A stretch of 38,321 nt of DNA from Spongiibacteraceae bacterium (GCA_030618505.1 JAUXDF010000003.1:1-38321), one strand, 5' to 3'; shown: positions 23,338 to 35,179, counted from the stretch's first letter. A program made the numbers and translations. The notes: a model not told the origin generated them from the sequence alone.

Positions 23338-25044
23338 TTATGATTCACTGGCTTTTTCAATTTGTCGAGTAATAATGTATTGTTGAATGATCGAGAGAAT
23401 ATTGTTAACCACCCAGTACAAAACAAGGCCAGCCGGGAACCACAGGAAGAAAAAAGTAAAAATTACCGGTAGCCATTGCATAACTTTTGCCTGCATAGGG
23501 TCAGGTGGTGGAGGATTAAGTTTTTGTTGAATGAACATACTAGCGCCCATAACCAGCGGCAGGAAGAAATAAGGATCCATAGCTGACAGATCTTTAATAT
23601 AACCTATAAAAGGTGCATGGCGCAGTTCAACCCCTTCTAGTAATACCCAGTACAGTGCTATAAATACCGGCATTTGAATGACTATGGGTAAGCAGCCTCC
23701 TAAGGGGTTAACGCCTTCTTTTTTATAAAGCGCCATCATTTCCTGAGATTGTTTTTGTTTGTCATCAGGGTGTAGCTCTTTAATTGAGAGCATTTTAGGT
23801 TGTATCTGACGCATTTTCGCCATACTGCGATAAGAAATAGCAGAGGGGTAGAAGAAGGCAGCTTTTACTGCGATAGTTAATAAAATAATTGACCAACCCC
23901 AGTTGCTGGTTAGGTTATGGAAAAATGTTAGTAAGGCAAATAATGGTTGAGCAATCCACCATAACCAGCCGTAATCGACACTAAGGTCAAGGCCTTCAGC
24001 AAGTTCTTCAAGGCGATACTGATCTTTTGGACCTACGTAGAATCCGGCTTTAATGCTGCCTTGTGTTCCTGGGGCAATAACAACCTCTGAGCCAGTAAAA
24101 CGGGCAATATTTTGTTTGGCACTGGTGACTACGGTTGAATAAGTATATTGCTGATTATCTTCGGGGATCCAGGCGGTCAGAAAATAGTGTTGTAGCATGG
24201 CAATCCAGCCGCCAGTTCGGGTAGTGCTGAAGTTATCTTCAGCCATTTCCTCAAAATCTATTTTTAAAAATCGTTCTTCTGATGTGGAAGTAGCGACACC
24301 AAGAAAAGGCTGCATACCCATACCATTACCACTATCTGCTGCAGGGTCCTGACTATTGTCTCGTTTTATTTGACCATACAAAACTGCTTTCCAGTTTTCT
24401 TCGCTTTGGTTATTAATAAGGTATTCGATAGAAACCAGGTAGTCTTCTCGATGAAAACGATAACGCTTGGTAATCAAAATATTGTTTTCACTCGGTAAGG
24501 TGAGATCTACGATCAGTTCATCAGCACCTTCTTCCAGTTGATAAGATTTTTGCTCGCTATTAAAGTTTGGTCTCCCTTTATTAGTGTCGGTGCCATTAGG
24601 GCCCACCAAGCCACTTTGTGCTATATAAAGCCGCTTGTTATTTTCCAGTAAGGTAAAAGGAATGTCCGGTGTATCAATGTCAGCAAAATGTTTTATTAGC
24701 GCAGCATAGATAATATCTCCACCTAGTAGATCTATATTGAGCTTGAGTACATCGGTTTTTACTTCAATAATATTTTGTGAGTTGGCAATATTATTCTCTA
24801 CCATTACTTCTTTGCTAGCACTGACAACAACAGGAACATCACTGCTTGTTTCAGATATTTGCCCTGCGGAGGGGGTAATGTTTCCAGGAATAGCACTACT
24901 ATTCTCCATAACCTCGTTAGTAGTAATGTCACTGGTGATAGTTTGTTCAGTTCGCTGCTGCTCCTTAAAAGGAACCCATTCTTGCAGCAGCAGCATGGTG
25001 ACTACGGCAATAGCGCCAATAAGTATAATTCGCTGAAAATCCAT
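23338..25044 (-). CDS. yidC: Membrane protein insertase YidC
   Basis: VDYGWLW, NWGWSIILLT, NPLGGCLP..IQMP, AGLVLYW. Confidence 0.99.
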   Translation of the reverse strand: MDFQRIILIGAIAVVTMLLLQEWVPFKEQQRTEQTITSDITTNEVMENSSAIPGNITPSAGQISETSSDVPVVVSASKEVMVENNIANSQNIIEVKTDVLKLNIDLLGGDIIYAALIKHFADIDTPDIPFTLLENNKRLYIAQSGLVGPNGTDTNKGRPNFNSEQKSYQLEEGADELIVDLTLPSENNILITKRYRFHREDYLVSIEYLINNQSEENWKAVLYGQIKRDNSQDPAADSGNGMGMQPFLGVATSTSEERFLKIDFEEMAEDNFSTTRTGGWIAMLQHYFLTAWIPEDNQQYTYSTVVTSAKQNIARFTGSEVVIAPGTQGSIKAGFYVGPKDQYRLEELAEGLDLSVDYGWLWWIAQPLFALLTFFHNLTSNWGWSIILLTIAVKAAFFYPSAISYRSMAKMRQIQPKMLSIKELHPDDKQKQSQEMMALYKKEGVNPLGGCLPIVIQMPVFIALYWVLLEGVELRHAPFIGYIKDLSAMDPYFFLPLVMGASMFIQQKLNPPPPDPMQAKVMQWLPVIFTFFFLWFPAGLVLYWVVNNILSIIQQYIITRQIEKASES

Positions 25045-25048
25045 AATG

Positions 25049-25363
25049 TTATTTCACGGTTAGTTTGTTTTTGCAACAGGGATGAGAATGTGTGGGTACG
25101 GGATCCATACCCCCTTCGTGCCAGGGGTTACAGCGTAAAAGTCGTCGAGCAGCCAAGTATGTGCCTTTTATTACCCCAAAGCGGCCTATTGCTTGATGAG
25201 CATATTCTGAGCAACTGGGATAAAAGCGGCAATTTTGTCCTAATACCGGAGATATAAATAGCCGGTAAAACTGGATAAAAAGAAGGAGTACACTTTGAGG
25301 TAGTCTTTTCAGATGCTGAAGAGAGAAAGCCAGGAAGTTTTTAAGCGTTAACCAGATTTTCAT
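25049..25363 (-). CDS. yidD: Membrane protein insertion efficiency factor YidD
   Basis: ISP.LG..CRFYPSCSEY, RLLRCNPW..GG.DPVP; exact start uncertain. Confidence 0.95.
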   Translation of the reverse strand: MKIWLTLKNFLAFSLQHLKRLPQSVLLLFIQFYRLFISPVLGQNCRFYPSCSEYAHQAIGRFGVIKGTYLAARRLLRCNPWHEGGMDPVPTHSHPCCKNKLTVK

Positions 25364-25372
25364 TTTTCTTGG

Positions 25373-25756
25373 CTACTGTGCTAGAGATTTTTGCTGATCA
25401 TTTTGACACCGCTTAAGCAGGCGCCGCCATAGTCCCGTTGTCTGATTTAATACTTCAGTGTTATTTAAGAGGCCTGCATCCTTCCTTGCTAGAACGATTA
25501 TATCAATACCAGTGAGTTGGTGCTGATTTAAACGAAAACTATCCCTGATTAAGCGCTTGATACGATTACGTTGCACAGCTAGTCGCACATGCTTTTTTGC
25601 GACAACAATACCTAAACGGGGTTGGGCTAGTTCATTAGGGCGACAAAGTAATAAAAATTCCTTTGTCGAAACCTTCCAGTGCACATTATTAAAAACAACT
25701 TGATAATGGCTGGCGTTTAATAAACGCAATTGTTTGTTGAACGAATAATCTGACAC
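25373..25756 (-). CDS. rnpA: Ribonuclease P protein component
   Basis: PRLGIVVAKK, AVQRNRIKRLIRDSFR (RNR motif). Confidence 0.97.
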   Translation of the reverse strand: MSDYSFNKQLRLLNASHYQVVFNNVHWKVSTKEFLLLCRPNELAQPRLGIVVAKKHVRLAVQRNRIKRLIRDSFRLNQHQLTGIDIIVLARKDAGLLNNTEVLNQTTGLWRRLLKRCQNDQQKSLAQ

Positions 25757-25788
25757 AGAAAATCAGGCAATTGCGTAATAACAGACAA

Positions 25789-25923
25789 TTATGCAGAGAG
25801 CTTCTTACGACCCCTGGCGCGACGCCGCCTGATAACTGCTTGACCACCTTTGGTTGCCATACGTGCACGGAAACCGTGGTTACGTTTACGCTTAAGGTTA
25901 CTGGGCTGAAATGTTCTTTTCAT
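25789..25923 (-). CDS. rpmH: 50S ribosomal protein L34 (not in the supplied ORF track)
   Basis: Hand translation [44 protein letters not shown]. Confidence 0.98.
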   Translation of the reverse strand: MKRTFQPSNLKRKRNHGFRARMATKGGQAVIRRRRARGRKKLSA

Positions 25924-25990
25924 GATGATACATCCAAAAATTATATAAAATCTGCTTTGTAAGCCTTATGGCGTTTACAAAGGGCGGCAA

Positions 25991-26019
25991 ATTTTAGTGA
26001 ATTTTGTACTAAATATCAA
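25991..26019 (-). promoter_or_regulatory. Sigma70 promoter of the rpmH operon
   Basis: TTGATA-17 bp-TAAAAT followed by a GCCGCCC discriminator. Confidence 0.65.
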
Positions 26020-26119
26020 TTAACTATGCATATTAAATGTAATTTTATTATCAGGCTTCGAGAATTATGTGCTGGATTACCTCGGCAGAAGCCTATATTA
26101 CCTGCCCGGGAGGCTTAAT

Positions 26120-26435
26120 ATTATTCTTAATAAGTTCTTATCTTGTTGTTTTACCTAATTATTATTTCAATTTTTTATAGAATAAAATATGTATAGTTTC
26201 TGCCTAAGATATATATAATTTAATCAAAATATTATTTATACCGCTTAATGCACAAAACACCCATAAGTTACTCACAAGTTATCCACAGCTTTTATTTTAA
26301 ATGCTGTATTTTTTTTTGTTTATCTCTCTGTCAATAAAATATTAACTCTATGAATTCACAATAAAAACACTACAATCCTTTAAATGGTTTTACGGGAATC
26401 TTATGTGGATAACTATGTATAGTTCATAGTAAAAT
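26120..26435. other. oriC-like/dnaA regulatory region 2 (rpmH-dnaA)
   Basis: AT-rich tract at about 26120-26240. TTATCCACA 26279, TGTGGATAA 26404, near-matches TTACTCACA 26268 and TAATGCACA 26246. A -10 TAAAAT lies at 26430, with the last box over the -35 region. Confidence 0.75.
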
Positions 26436-26515
26436 GCCGCCTCCGGCCACCATTCAAGTGGTCGTTTGTTGGGCTTACTTAAATAACGATCTTATTATAA
26501 ATTCAGGGGGCTTTT

Positions 26516-27937
26516 TTGCCTGATATTATCTGGCAACGCTGTGTTGATCGACTTCAAGACGAATTACCGTCTCAGCAGTTCAATACATGGATTAGACCGC
26601 TTCAGGCTGAAACTATAGCTGAAGGCTTGAGGTTAATGGCGCCTAACCGGTTTATAAAAGAATGGGTTAATGACAAATACATCGATCGAATCGCTGAATT
26701 AGTCTCTGAGGCTAGTGAGGGAGAATTTGCACAAGTTTTAGTTGAGATAGACCAAAAAAATATAGGATCTGCTGTCCGTCCCAGTAGCCTTAATCGCCGG
26801 AGCGAAAAGACTAATATCACTTTAAACCGTGATTTTGATAAAACGCCCCCTCCGGCAAATATTAACCAAACTAAAGTGCTCGATCGGCAGGTAGAAATTG
26901 AAGGCGCCATTAAACACCAAAGTCACCTGACAGAAAGTAATACCTTTGACACCTTTGTAGAGGGTAAATCCAACCAGTTAGCGCGAGCAGCAGCTTCCCA
27001 AGTTGCTGAAAACCCCGGAGGCTCCTATAACCCACTGTTTATTTATGGCGGTGTTGGTTTGGGTAAAACTCATTTAATGCATGCCGTTGGTCATTCTTTA
27101 CTAAAACGAAATCCGAACGCAAAAGTTGTCTATTTACATTCTGAGCGTTTTGTCGCTGATATGGTAAAAGCTTTACAATTAAATGCGATAAATGACTTTA
27201 AGCGTTATTACCGTTCGGTTGATGCTTTGCTGATTGACGATATTCAGTTTTTTGCCGGTAAGGAACGTTCTCAAGAAGAATTTTTTCATACTTTTAATGC
27301 CCTGCTGGAGGGTGGCCAACAGATGATACTAACCTGTGACCGTTACCCTAGAGAAATAAATGGGGTTGCTGAGCGATTAAAGTCTCGGTTTGGTTGGGGT
27401 TTAACGGTCGCCGTTGAACCACCGGAGTTAGAGACACGAGTTGCTATTTTGATGAAAAAAGCAGAGCAAGCAAAAATTGATCTTCCACCTGATGCGGCTT
27501 TTTTTATTGCCCAAAGAATACGTTCTAATGTCAGGGAGCTTGAAGGCGCTCTAAAGCGGGTTATCGCTAATGCACATTTTATGGCAAAACCCATCGATGT
27601 AGAGCTCATTCGAGAGTCATTAAAAGACCTTTTGGCTCTGCAGGACAGACAAGTTAACATTAGTAATATTCAGCGTACGGTTGCAGAGTATTATAAAATC
27701 AAAATGGCTGACTTGCTTTCAAGACGAAGAAATCGTTCCATAGCGCGACCCCGGCAGATGGCAATGGCTCTAGCTAAAGAGCTGACTAATCATAGTTTGC
27801 CAGAGATTGGAGATGCCTTTGGTGGCAGAGACCATACTACTGTGCTGCACGCTTGCAGAAAGATCGCTGAACTAAAAGAAGCAGATTCAGATATAAAAGA
27901 AGACCATAAGAATTTATTAAGATTATTGACTACCTGA
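26516..27937 (+). CDS. dnaA: Chromosomal replication initiator DnaA
   Basis: [45 protein letters not shown]; TTG start. Confidence 0.99.
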   Translation: MPDIIWQRCVDRLQDELPSQQFNTWIRPLQAETIAEGLRLMAPNRFIKEWVNDKYIDRIAELVSEASEGEFAQVLVEIDQKNIGSAVRPSSLNRRSEKTNITLNRDFDKTPPPANINQTKVLDRQVEIEGAIKHQSHLTESNTFDTFVEGKSNQLARAAASQVAENPGGSYNPLFIYGGVGLGKTHLMHAVGHSLLKRNPNAKVVYLHSERFVADMVKALQLNAINDFKRYYRSVDALLIDDIQFFAGKERSQEEFFHTFNALLEGGQQMILTCDRYPREINGVAERLKSRFGWGLTVAVEPPELETRVAILMKKAEQAKIDLPPDAAFFIAQRIRSNVRELEGALKRVIANAHFMAKPIDVELIRESLKDLLALQDRQVNISNIQRTVAEYYKIKMADLLSRRRNRSIARPRQMAMALAKELTNHSLPEIGDAFGGRDHTTVLHACRKIAELKEADSDIKEDHKNLLRLLTT

Positions 27938-27991
27938 TATGTCTGTTTAAAACAGAATATTCATAAAAGGGAAACATAAGAGACGACCGTT

Positions 27992-29095
27992 ATGAAATTT
28001 ACAGTAAAAAGAGAAGCACTACTTAAGCCACTCAATTTGGTGGCTGGTGTTGTAGAGCGTCGTCAAACTCTGCCCATACTATCTAACGTTATGTTGGTTT
28101 TAAATAATAATCAGCTCTCCTTAACCGGCACAGACCTGGAAGTTGAAATAGTAGGTAGGGTGCTAGTTGAAGATGGCGGCGATGATGGTGAAATTACCGT
28201 ACCGGCAAGAAAGCTGCTGGATATTTGTAAATCCTTACCGGATGGTGGGGATATTCAAATTAGCCTTAAAGATCAAAAGGTTGTGGTAAAAAGCGGCCGT
28301 AGCCGATTTACTCTTTCTTCATTACCTGCTAATGATTTTCCTAATATCGAAGAAGGACCGGGAAGTTTTGAAATTGACATACTGCAGGGACAATTAAAAC
28401 GCTTGATTGAAAGAACTTCCTTTGCAATGGCACAGCAGGACGTGCGTTATTATCTTAATGGTATGTTGTGGGAAGCATCAAAAGATCAGCTAAAAGTAGT
28501 AGCTACCGATGGTCATAGACTCGCTATGTGTAATCTTGCTACAGAGCTCAATATTTCAGAGGTAAAACAAGTCATTATTCCACGTAAAGGGGTTAATGAA
28601 CTCCTGCGTTTGTTGATGGAAGAAAAAAAGGGTATCAAAATTGTGTTTGGTACTAACCACATGAAAGCGACCACCGATGACTTTACTTTTACCTCTAAAT
28701 TGGTTGATGGTAAATTTCCTGATTATGACAGAGTGTTACCTAAAGGTAGCAATAAGAGTGTCTATGGTTCTCGCCAGGAATTAAAGCAGGCTTTCTCACG
28801 TACGGCTATATTATCAAATGAAAAATATCGTGGTATCCGGCTAGTTCTTACTGATGGCAGCCTACAAATACTTGCTAATAACCCAGAGCAGGAAGAGGCT
28901 GAAGAGACTGTTAGTGTTGATTACCAGGGAGAAAACCTGGAGATAGGTTTTAATGTCAGTTACCTTGTTGATGTTATGACCGTTTTATCCGGTGATCAGG
29001 TTAAAATTAATCTCTCAGATTCCAATAGCAGTGCATTAATTGAAGAGTCTGACGATAGTGACTCTCAATATGTTGTAATGCCGATGCGACTTTAA
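27992..29095 (+). CDS. dnaN: DNA polymerase III beta sliding clamp
   Basis: TLPILSN, TGTDLE, QDVRYYLNG, ATDGHRL, VVMPMRL. Confidence 0.99.
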   Translation: MKFTVKREALLKPLNLVAGVVERRQTLPILSNVMLVLNNNQLSLTGTDLEVEIVGRVLVEDGGDDGEITVPARKLLDICKSLPDGGDIQISLKDQKVVVKSGRSRFTLSSLPANDFPNIEEGPGSFEIDILQGQLKRLIERTSFAMAQQDVRYYLNGMLWEASKDQLKVVATDGHRLAMCNLATELNISEVKQVIIPRKGVNELLRLLMEEKKGIKIVFGTNHMKATTDDFTFTSKLVDGKFPDYDRVLPKGSNKSVYGSRQELKQAFSRTAILSNEKYRGIRLVLTDGSLQILANNPEQEEAEETVSVDYQGENLEIGFNVSYLVDVMTVLSGDQVKINLSDSNSSALIEESDDSDSQYVVMPMRL

Positions 29096-29115
29096 ATGGC
29101 TGTTAAGAGGCATAC

Positions 29116-30228
29116 TTGAACGTGCACCCTACCCTTTTAGAATGTTTAACGGTGCAGGATGTACGAAACATAGAAAATATAAAACTGGATCAGCTTACTA
29201 ATATCACGATTTTGTATGGAGAGAACGGCAGTGGTAAAACCTCTATACTGGAAGCGATAAATATATTGGGTTTGTCTCGATCTTTTAGAACGAATAAAAT
29301 CAACACTGTAATTCGCAAAAATAGACCCGAGTGCATCGTATTTGGCAATTTAAGAGAAGAAAACTCGGAGCGACTTACCCCCTTGGGTATTAGTCGCTCT
29401 AGTGATGGTAAGCGCAAGATCCAGGCAAACCAACTGGAGATTAAAAGAATTAGCGAGCTTGCCAGGCTTTTGCCTATACAGGTTATAGATGCACAAGCGT
29501 TTAAGTTACTGGAGGGCGGGCCAAAAGAAAGGCGACAGTTTCTGGATTGGGGGGTGTTCCACGTGGAACACCAATTTGTTTTATTGTGGGCAAAGCTGGA
29601 ACGCTCGGTAAAACAACGGAATGCGACACTACGGCAATATAAAGTAAATACCACCCCTTTGCAGGTAGAAATATGGGATAGGGAAATATATACGCTTGCT
29701 GAGCCTATTCATCGCTTGCGAAAGAGCTATTTTAATCGCTTTAACGAAAGGTTTTGTGAGATATGGCGTAAGATTAATAGCGGCATTGAGATTGAGCTTC
29801 AATATGATAAAGGATGGAGCGTAGATCAGCCCCTTGATGCTGAGCTCAAACAAAGGTTTGAACTGGATAAGCGCAGAGGTCTTACCTCTATTGGTCCCCA
29901 CAGAGCGACAATTGATATAATTAGCGCAGGTAGACCAGCACATCTTATCTTGTCGAGGGGGCAGCAAAAACTTGTCGTTTCGGCATTAAAAATCACGCAG
30001 GGGCAGTTATTAAGGGACTATCTTTCGAAAAAAACTATTTATTTGCTCGATGATTTACCCTCAGAATTTGATAAATCCAACCGGAAAGTTATTTGCCGGT
30101 TGTTAGAAGATATAGATGCGCAGCTATTTTTAACCTGCGTAGAGGCCGATAGCCTTAAGGGCTGCTGGAAAAATGAGACCCAAGTGAAAATGTTTCACGT
30201 GGAACATGGCACAGTCACAGAAGTTTAG
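29116..30228 (+). CDS. recF: DNA replication/repair protein RecF
   Basis: GENGSGKTSILEAI, ERRQFLDW, LSRGQQK, LLDDLPSE; exact start uncertain. Confidence 0.97.
   Translation: MNVHPTLLECLTVQDVRNIENIKLDQLTNITILYGENGSGKTSILEAINILGLSRSFRTNKINTVIRKNRPECIVFGNLREENSERLTPLGISRSSDGKRKIQANQLEIKRISELARLLPIQVIDAQAFKLLEGGPKERRQFLDWGVFHVEHQFVLLWAKLERSVKQRNATLRQYKVNTTPLQVEIWDREIYTLAEPIHRLRKSYFNRFNERFCEIWRKINSGIEIELQYDKGWSVDQPLDAELKQRFELDKRRGLTSIGPHRATIDIISAGRPAHLILSRGQQKLVVSALKITQGQLLRDYLSKKTIYLLDDLPSEFDKSNRKVICRLLEDIDAQLFLTCVEADSLKGCWKNETQVKMFHVEHGTVTEV
29555..29570. promoter_or_regulatory. parS site (ParB binding)
   Basis: Perfect palindrome TGTTCCACGTGGAACA matching the parS consensus. Confidence 0.95.
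30191..30206. promoter_or_regulatory. parS site (ParB binding)
   Basis: TGTTTCACGTGGAACA matching the parS consensus. Confidence 0.95.
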
Positions 30229-30245
30229 TGTGTTTTTGGAGATAA

Positions 30246-32672
<2,427 letters not shown>

Positions 32673-32913
32673 GTGCTTTTGTTGTGGGTTCTCACGAGAA
32701 ATGAAAAATTCTCACCTAAAATGAATCAAATATTTTAGGTGAGTTATAATAAAATCAGTAACTTACAAATAATTACCATATAATAATTATTGTTAATTGG
32801 TCGGGTAAATCACTTTTTCCGACCAATTCTATACAGTTGAAAGCACAGATAAAGCCTCTCTAAAACCATTTTATAGTTGTGTTGGCTCCCACATAATGGC
32901 CAAATCCGACCTT

Positions 32914-32937
32914 TTCTCACATAAAATGCACTTTTCT
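32914..32937 (+). repeat. 24-bp inverted repeat, left copy (partner 35811-35834)
   Basis: TTCTCACATAAAATGCACTTTTCT versus the reverse complement of 35811-35834, TTCTCACATAAATTGCACTTTTCT (23/24). Confidence 0.9.
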
Positions 32938-33103
32938 GCCAGACACCTCAGCCTAAGCTTGTTGATTGGCTCCAGCAATTAACCGCCCTGATTCTTTTAA
33001 CATTCAACGGCTTACAAAGCCAATTGGCGCGAAAAACCACCTGCCATTTAACATTTTAGGGACACAGAAAACTCAGATCAGTTAGTAAACTCGGCCTAAA
33101 TAA

Positions 33104-33146
33104 CTTTAATATTGAAGTATATTTATTTTATGCTACAATATTAAAG
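33104..33146 (+). promoter_or_regulatory. TA operon promoter with overlapping inverted-repeat operator
   Basis: TTGAAG(33112)-16 bp-TACAAT(33134) with extended TGn. Arms CTTTAATATTG (33104-33114) and CAATATTAAAG (33136-33146). RBS AAGGAGG at 33153. Confidence 0.75.
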
Positions 33147-33165
33147 CAGATTAAGGAGGCCTATC

Positions 33166-33567
33166 ATGAGCCAATACGCAGATTTCACGAAAGAAAAAAG
33201 AAAAGAAGCTGCCGGCCCTTTAATTAAGGCTGTACTTCAAATATTTGAACGCTGGAGACTAAATAATACCCAGCAGCAATCCTTATTGGGCCTGCATAAT
33301 GAGGGTACATTCTATAACTGGAAGAAGAAGCCTGAATCAGCAACGCTCACTAATGATCTGCTAGAACGAACCAGCTATATATTGGGAATTTGGAGATCAC
33401 TTCAATTACTTATTCCTGAGGAAAGGGTCTCTGATTCTTGGATCACCTCGCCTAATAGTAGTATTGCGTTTAATGGGCAGTCTCCACTAGAAAGAATGCT
33501 TGGCGGCCAGATCGTAGATCTAGCCCATGTGCGTCAATATTTAGATTCGGAAAGAGGCGGTTGGTAA
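33166..33567 (+). CDS. Xre/MbcA/ParS-family antitoxin (HTH plus C-terminal toxin-binding domain)
   Basis: W.L...QQ..LLG....TFYNWK HTH, DLLER.SYILGI..SL..L, W...PN....F.GQSPL..M, VRQYLD..RGG; lies upstream of a RES gene. Confidence 0.93.
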   Translation: MSQYADFTKEKRKEAAGPLIKAVLQIFERWRLNNTQQQSLLGLHNEGTFYNWKKKPESATLTNDLLERTSYILGIWRSLQLLIPEERVSDSWITSPNSSIAFNGQSPLERMLGGQIVDLAHVRQYLDSERGGW

Positions 33568-34256
33568 TGGACGTTAATGGTCTGGATGTCACTAAAGTAG
33601 AAGAGACTACCTACCGTCTAATTCCAAGCAGGTTCCCACCTATTGACCTCTACGGGCGAGTCTCTACCCCAGAAGAGTTTGAATTTCTCCATGAAATAGA
33701 ATCCCTAACTAACGAAAGACTAAGAGATCAGGTTGGCGATATTAATCTCGTTGCCAAAGAAGACCGCATAGCAGGCCCAGGAACCAGCTATATCATGGCT
33801 GCATTTACGCATGCAAAAGTAGATGGTGACGGTGGCCGATTCAATAAGGGCTATGGTGTCTTTTACTGTGCAAAGGAGATAGAAACTGCACTAGAAGAGA
33901 CGAAGTATCACCGAGCAAAATTTTTTAACGACTTCAATAGTTGCCCCACAACCATTGATATGCGCTCGTTAGTATCTGACTTATCCCATGAACTTCACAC
34001 TATTCTTGATAAACAGACAGAGCTTCCTGATATTTATGATCCTGATGATTATTCTACTGGCCAAGCTCTTGGTCAAAAGCTAAAAGAAGCAGGCTCATGG
34101 GGCATTGAATACTCGAGTGTTCGCAAAGATGATGGAACATGTTATGGCGTTTTAAGACCACCAGCCCTATCAAACTGCCGACAATCAAAACACTACGAGT
34201 ATCATTTTGATGGAAATGAAATTTCACATGTAGTGGAGAAGATACCAGTCGAATGA
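33567..34256 (+). CDS. RES-domain toxin (NAD+ phosphorylase family)
   Basis: YRLIPSRFPP (R), IMAAFTH, RF...YGVFYCA, TALEET.YH (E), GIEYSSVR (S). ATG 33567 overlaps the antitoxin stop (TAATG). Confidence 0.93.
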   Translation: MDVNGLDVTKVEETTYRLIPSRFPPIDLYGRVSTPEEFEFLHEIESLTNERLRDQVGDINLVAKEDRIAGPGTSYIMAAFTHAKVDGDGGRFNKGYGVFYCAKEIETALEETKYHRAKFFNDFNSCPTTIDMRSLVSDLSHELHTILDKQTELPDIYDPDDYSTGQALGQKLKEAGSWGIEYSSVRKDDGTCYGVLRPPALSNCRQSKHYEYHFDGNEISHVVEKIPVE

Positions 34257-34834
34257 ACGATATATTATTGCCATTCACCAATCTTCCCGACGCATACATA
34301 GTCCTTGATACGGAGACCACAGGCCTACTTGATGAAATAGGCCCCCCTGGCATCGTTACACTTGGATTAACTCCAGTAGATAACCATAAGATTTTAAATT
34401 CTATCGAATTTAAATTAAAACCCTACCGCAGTATCAACGATGAAGCACAACGCGTGCACGGCATATCAAACACAGAAGCTAGTACATTCGATGACATATC
34501 AATTAAATGGCCTGAGATTAAGGGTTATTTAAACAATAACTATGTCGTTATCCACAATGCTAGCTTTGACTGGCCTATAATCGAATTTCACATCCAAAAA
34601 TTCGATTTAGACCCTTTATCTAACGTTTCGATATTCTGTTCACAAAAATCTGCTATTCCCTTCGCTAAAGAAAACAACATTCCAATGAGTTCTCGTGGGC
34701 CCTCTTTGGATGCCCTCACTGAATACCTTAATACTTCGTCTTTACGGGTGAATGGAATACATGGCGCGGCAATAGATACTAAACAAACAGCACTTGTCGT
34801 AGAGGCCTTAAGGAAGCTAGGAGAAAATAAGTAG
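34253..34834 (+). CDS. DEDDh (DnaQ-like) 3'-5' exonuclease
   Basis: ExoI VLDTETTG, VHGI, ExoII HNASFD, ExoIII HGAAID; ATGA overlap with the RES stop. Confidence 0.9.
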   Translation: MNDILLPFTNLPDAYIVLDTETTGLLDEIGPPGIVTLGLTPVDNHKILNSIEFKLKPYRSINDEAQRVHGISNTEASTFDDISIKWPEIKGYLNNNYVVIHNASFDWPIIEFHIQKFDLDPLSNVSIFCSQKSAIPFAKENNIPMSSRGPSLDALTEYLNTSSLRVNGIHGAAIDTKQTALVVEALRKLGENK

Positions 34835-35152
34835 ATGTTAAAGGAACTCGAGTTTAGAGCGAGCTAAACCCTCAGGCCAATATTTTCTGGCCTGATTGAG
34901 CTAGTTCCTCTGCTTGTTTTATCGTATTACGCGGCGTTTCTTTGCTCATCCGCATATTCCCTTTTTTTCGTCCTGTCAGGCGGCTCGAATTTTTTGCATT
35001 TACTGTTCCACCAAGACCTAGCGGCAACATGCCTAAAAATGTAAACAAGCCCCTTGCGAATTTGCGCTGCCGTTTGCGGATTGTTCTTTCGCCACGGCGA
35101 ATGACAACACAATTGCGCCTCCCTCTCACTATCCAAACAACAGTCATTTGAT

Positions 35153-35179
35153 GTGAGAGCCAACATTGTTGGTTCTCAC
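35153..35179. repeat. Palindromic junction GTGAGAGCCA-ACATTGT-TGGTTCTCAC
   Basis: 10-bp inverted arms (9/10 match) around a 7-bp spacer; the same arm motif occurs at both islet ends. Confidence 0.85.

Noticed and set aside
33561-33566. TTG start for the RES gene
   Set aside because: ATG 33567 overlapping the antitoxin stop, with GAGG upstream, is the more plausible coupled start.
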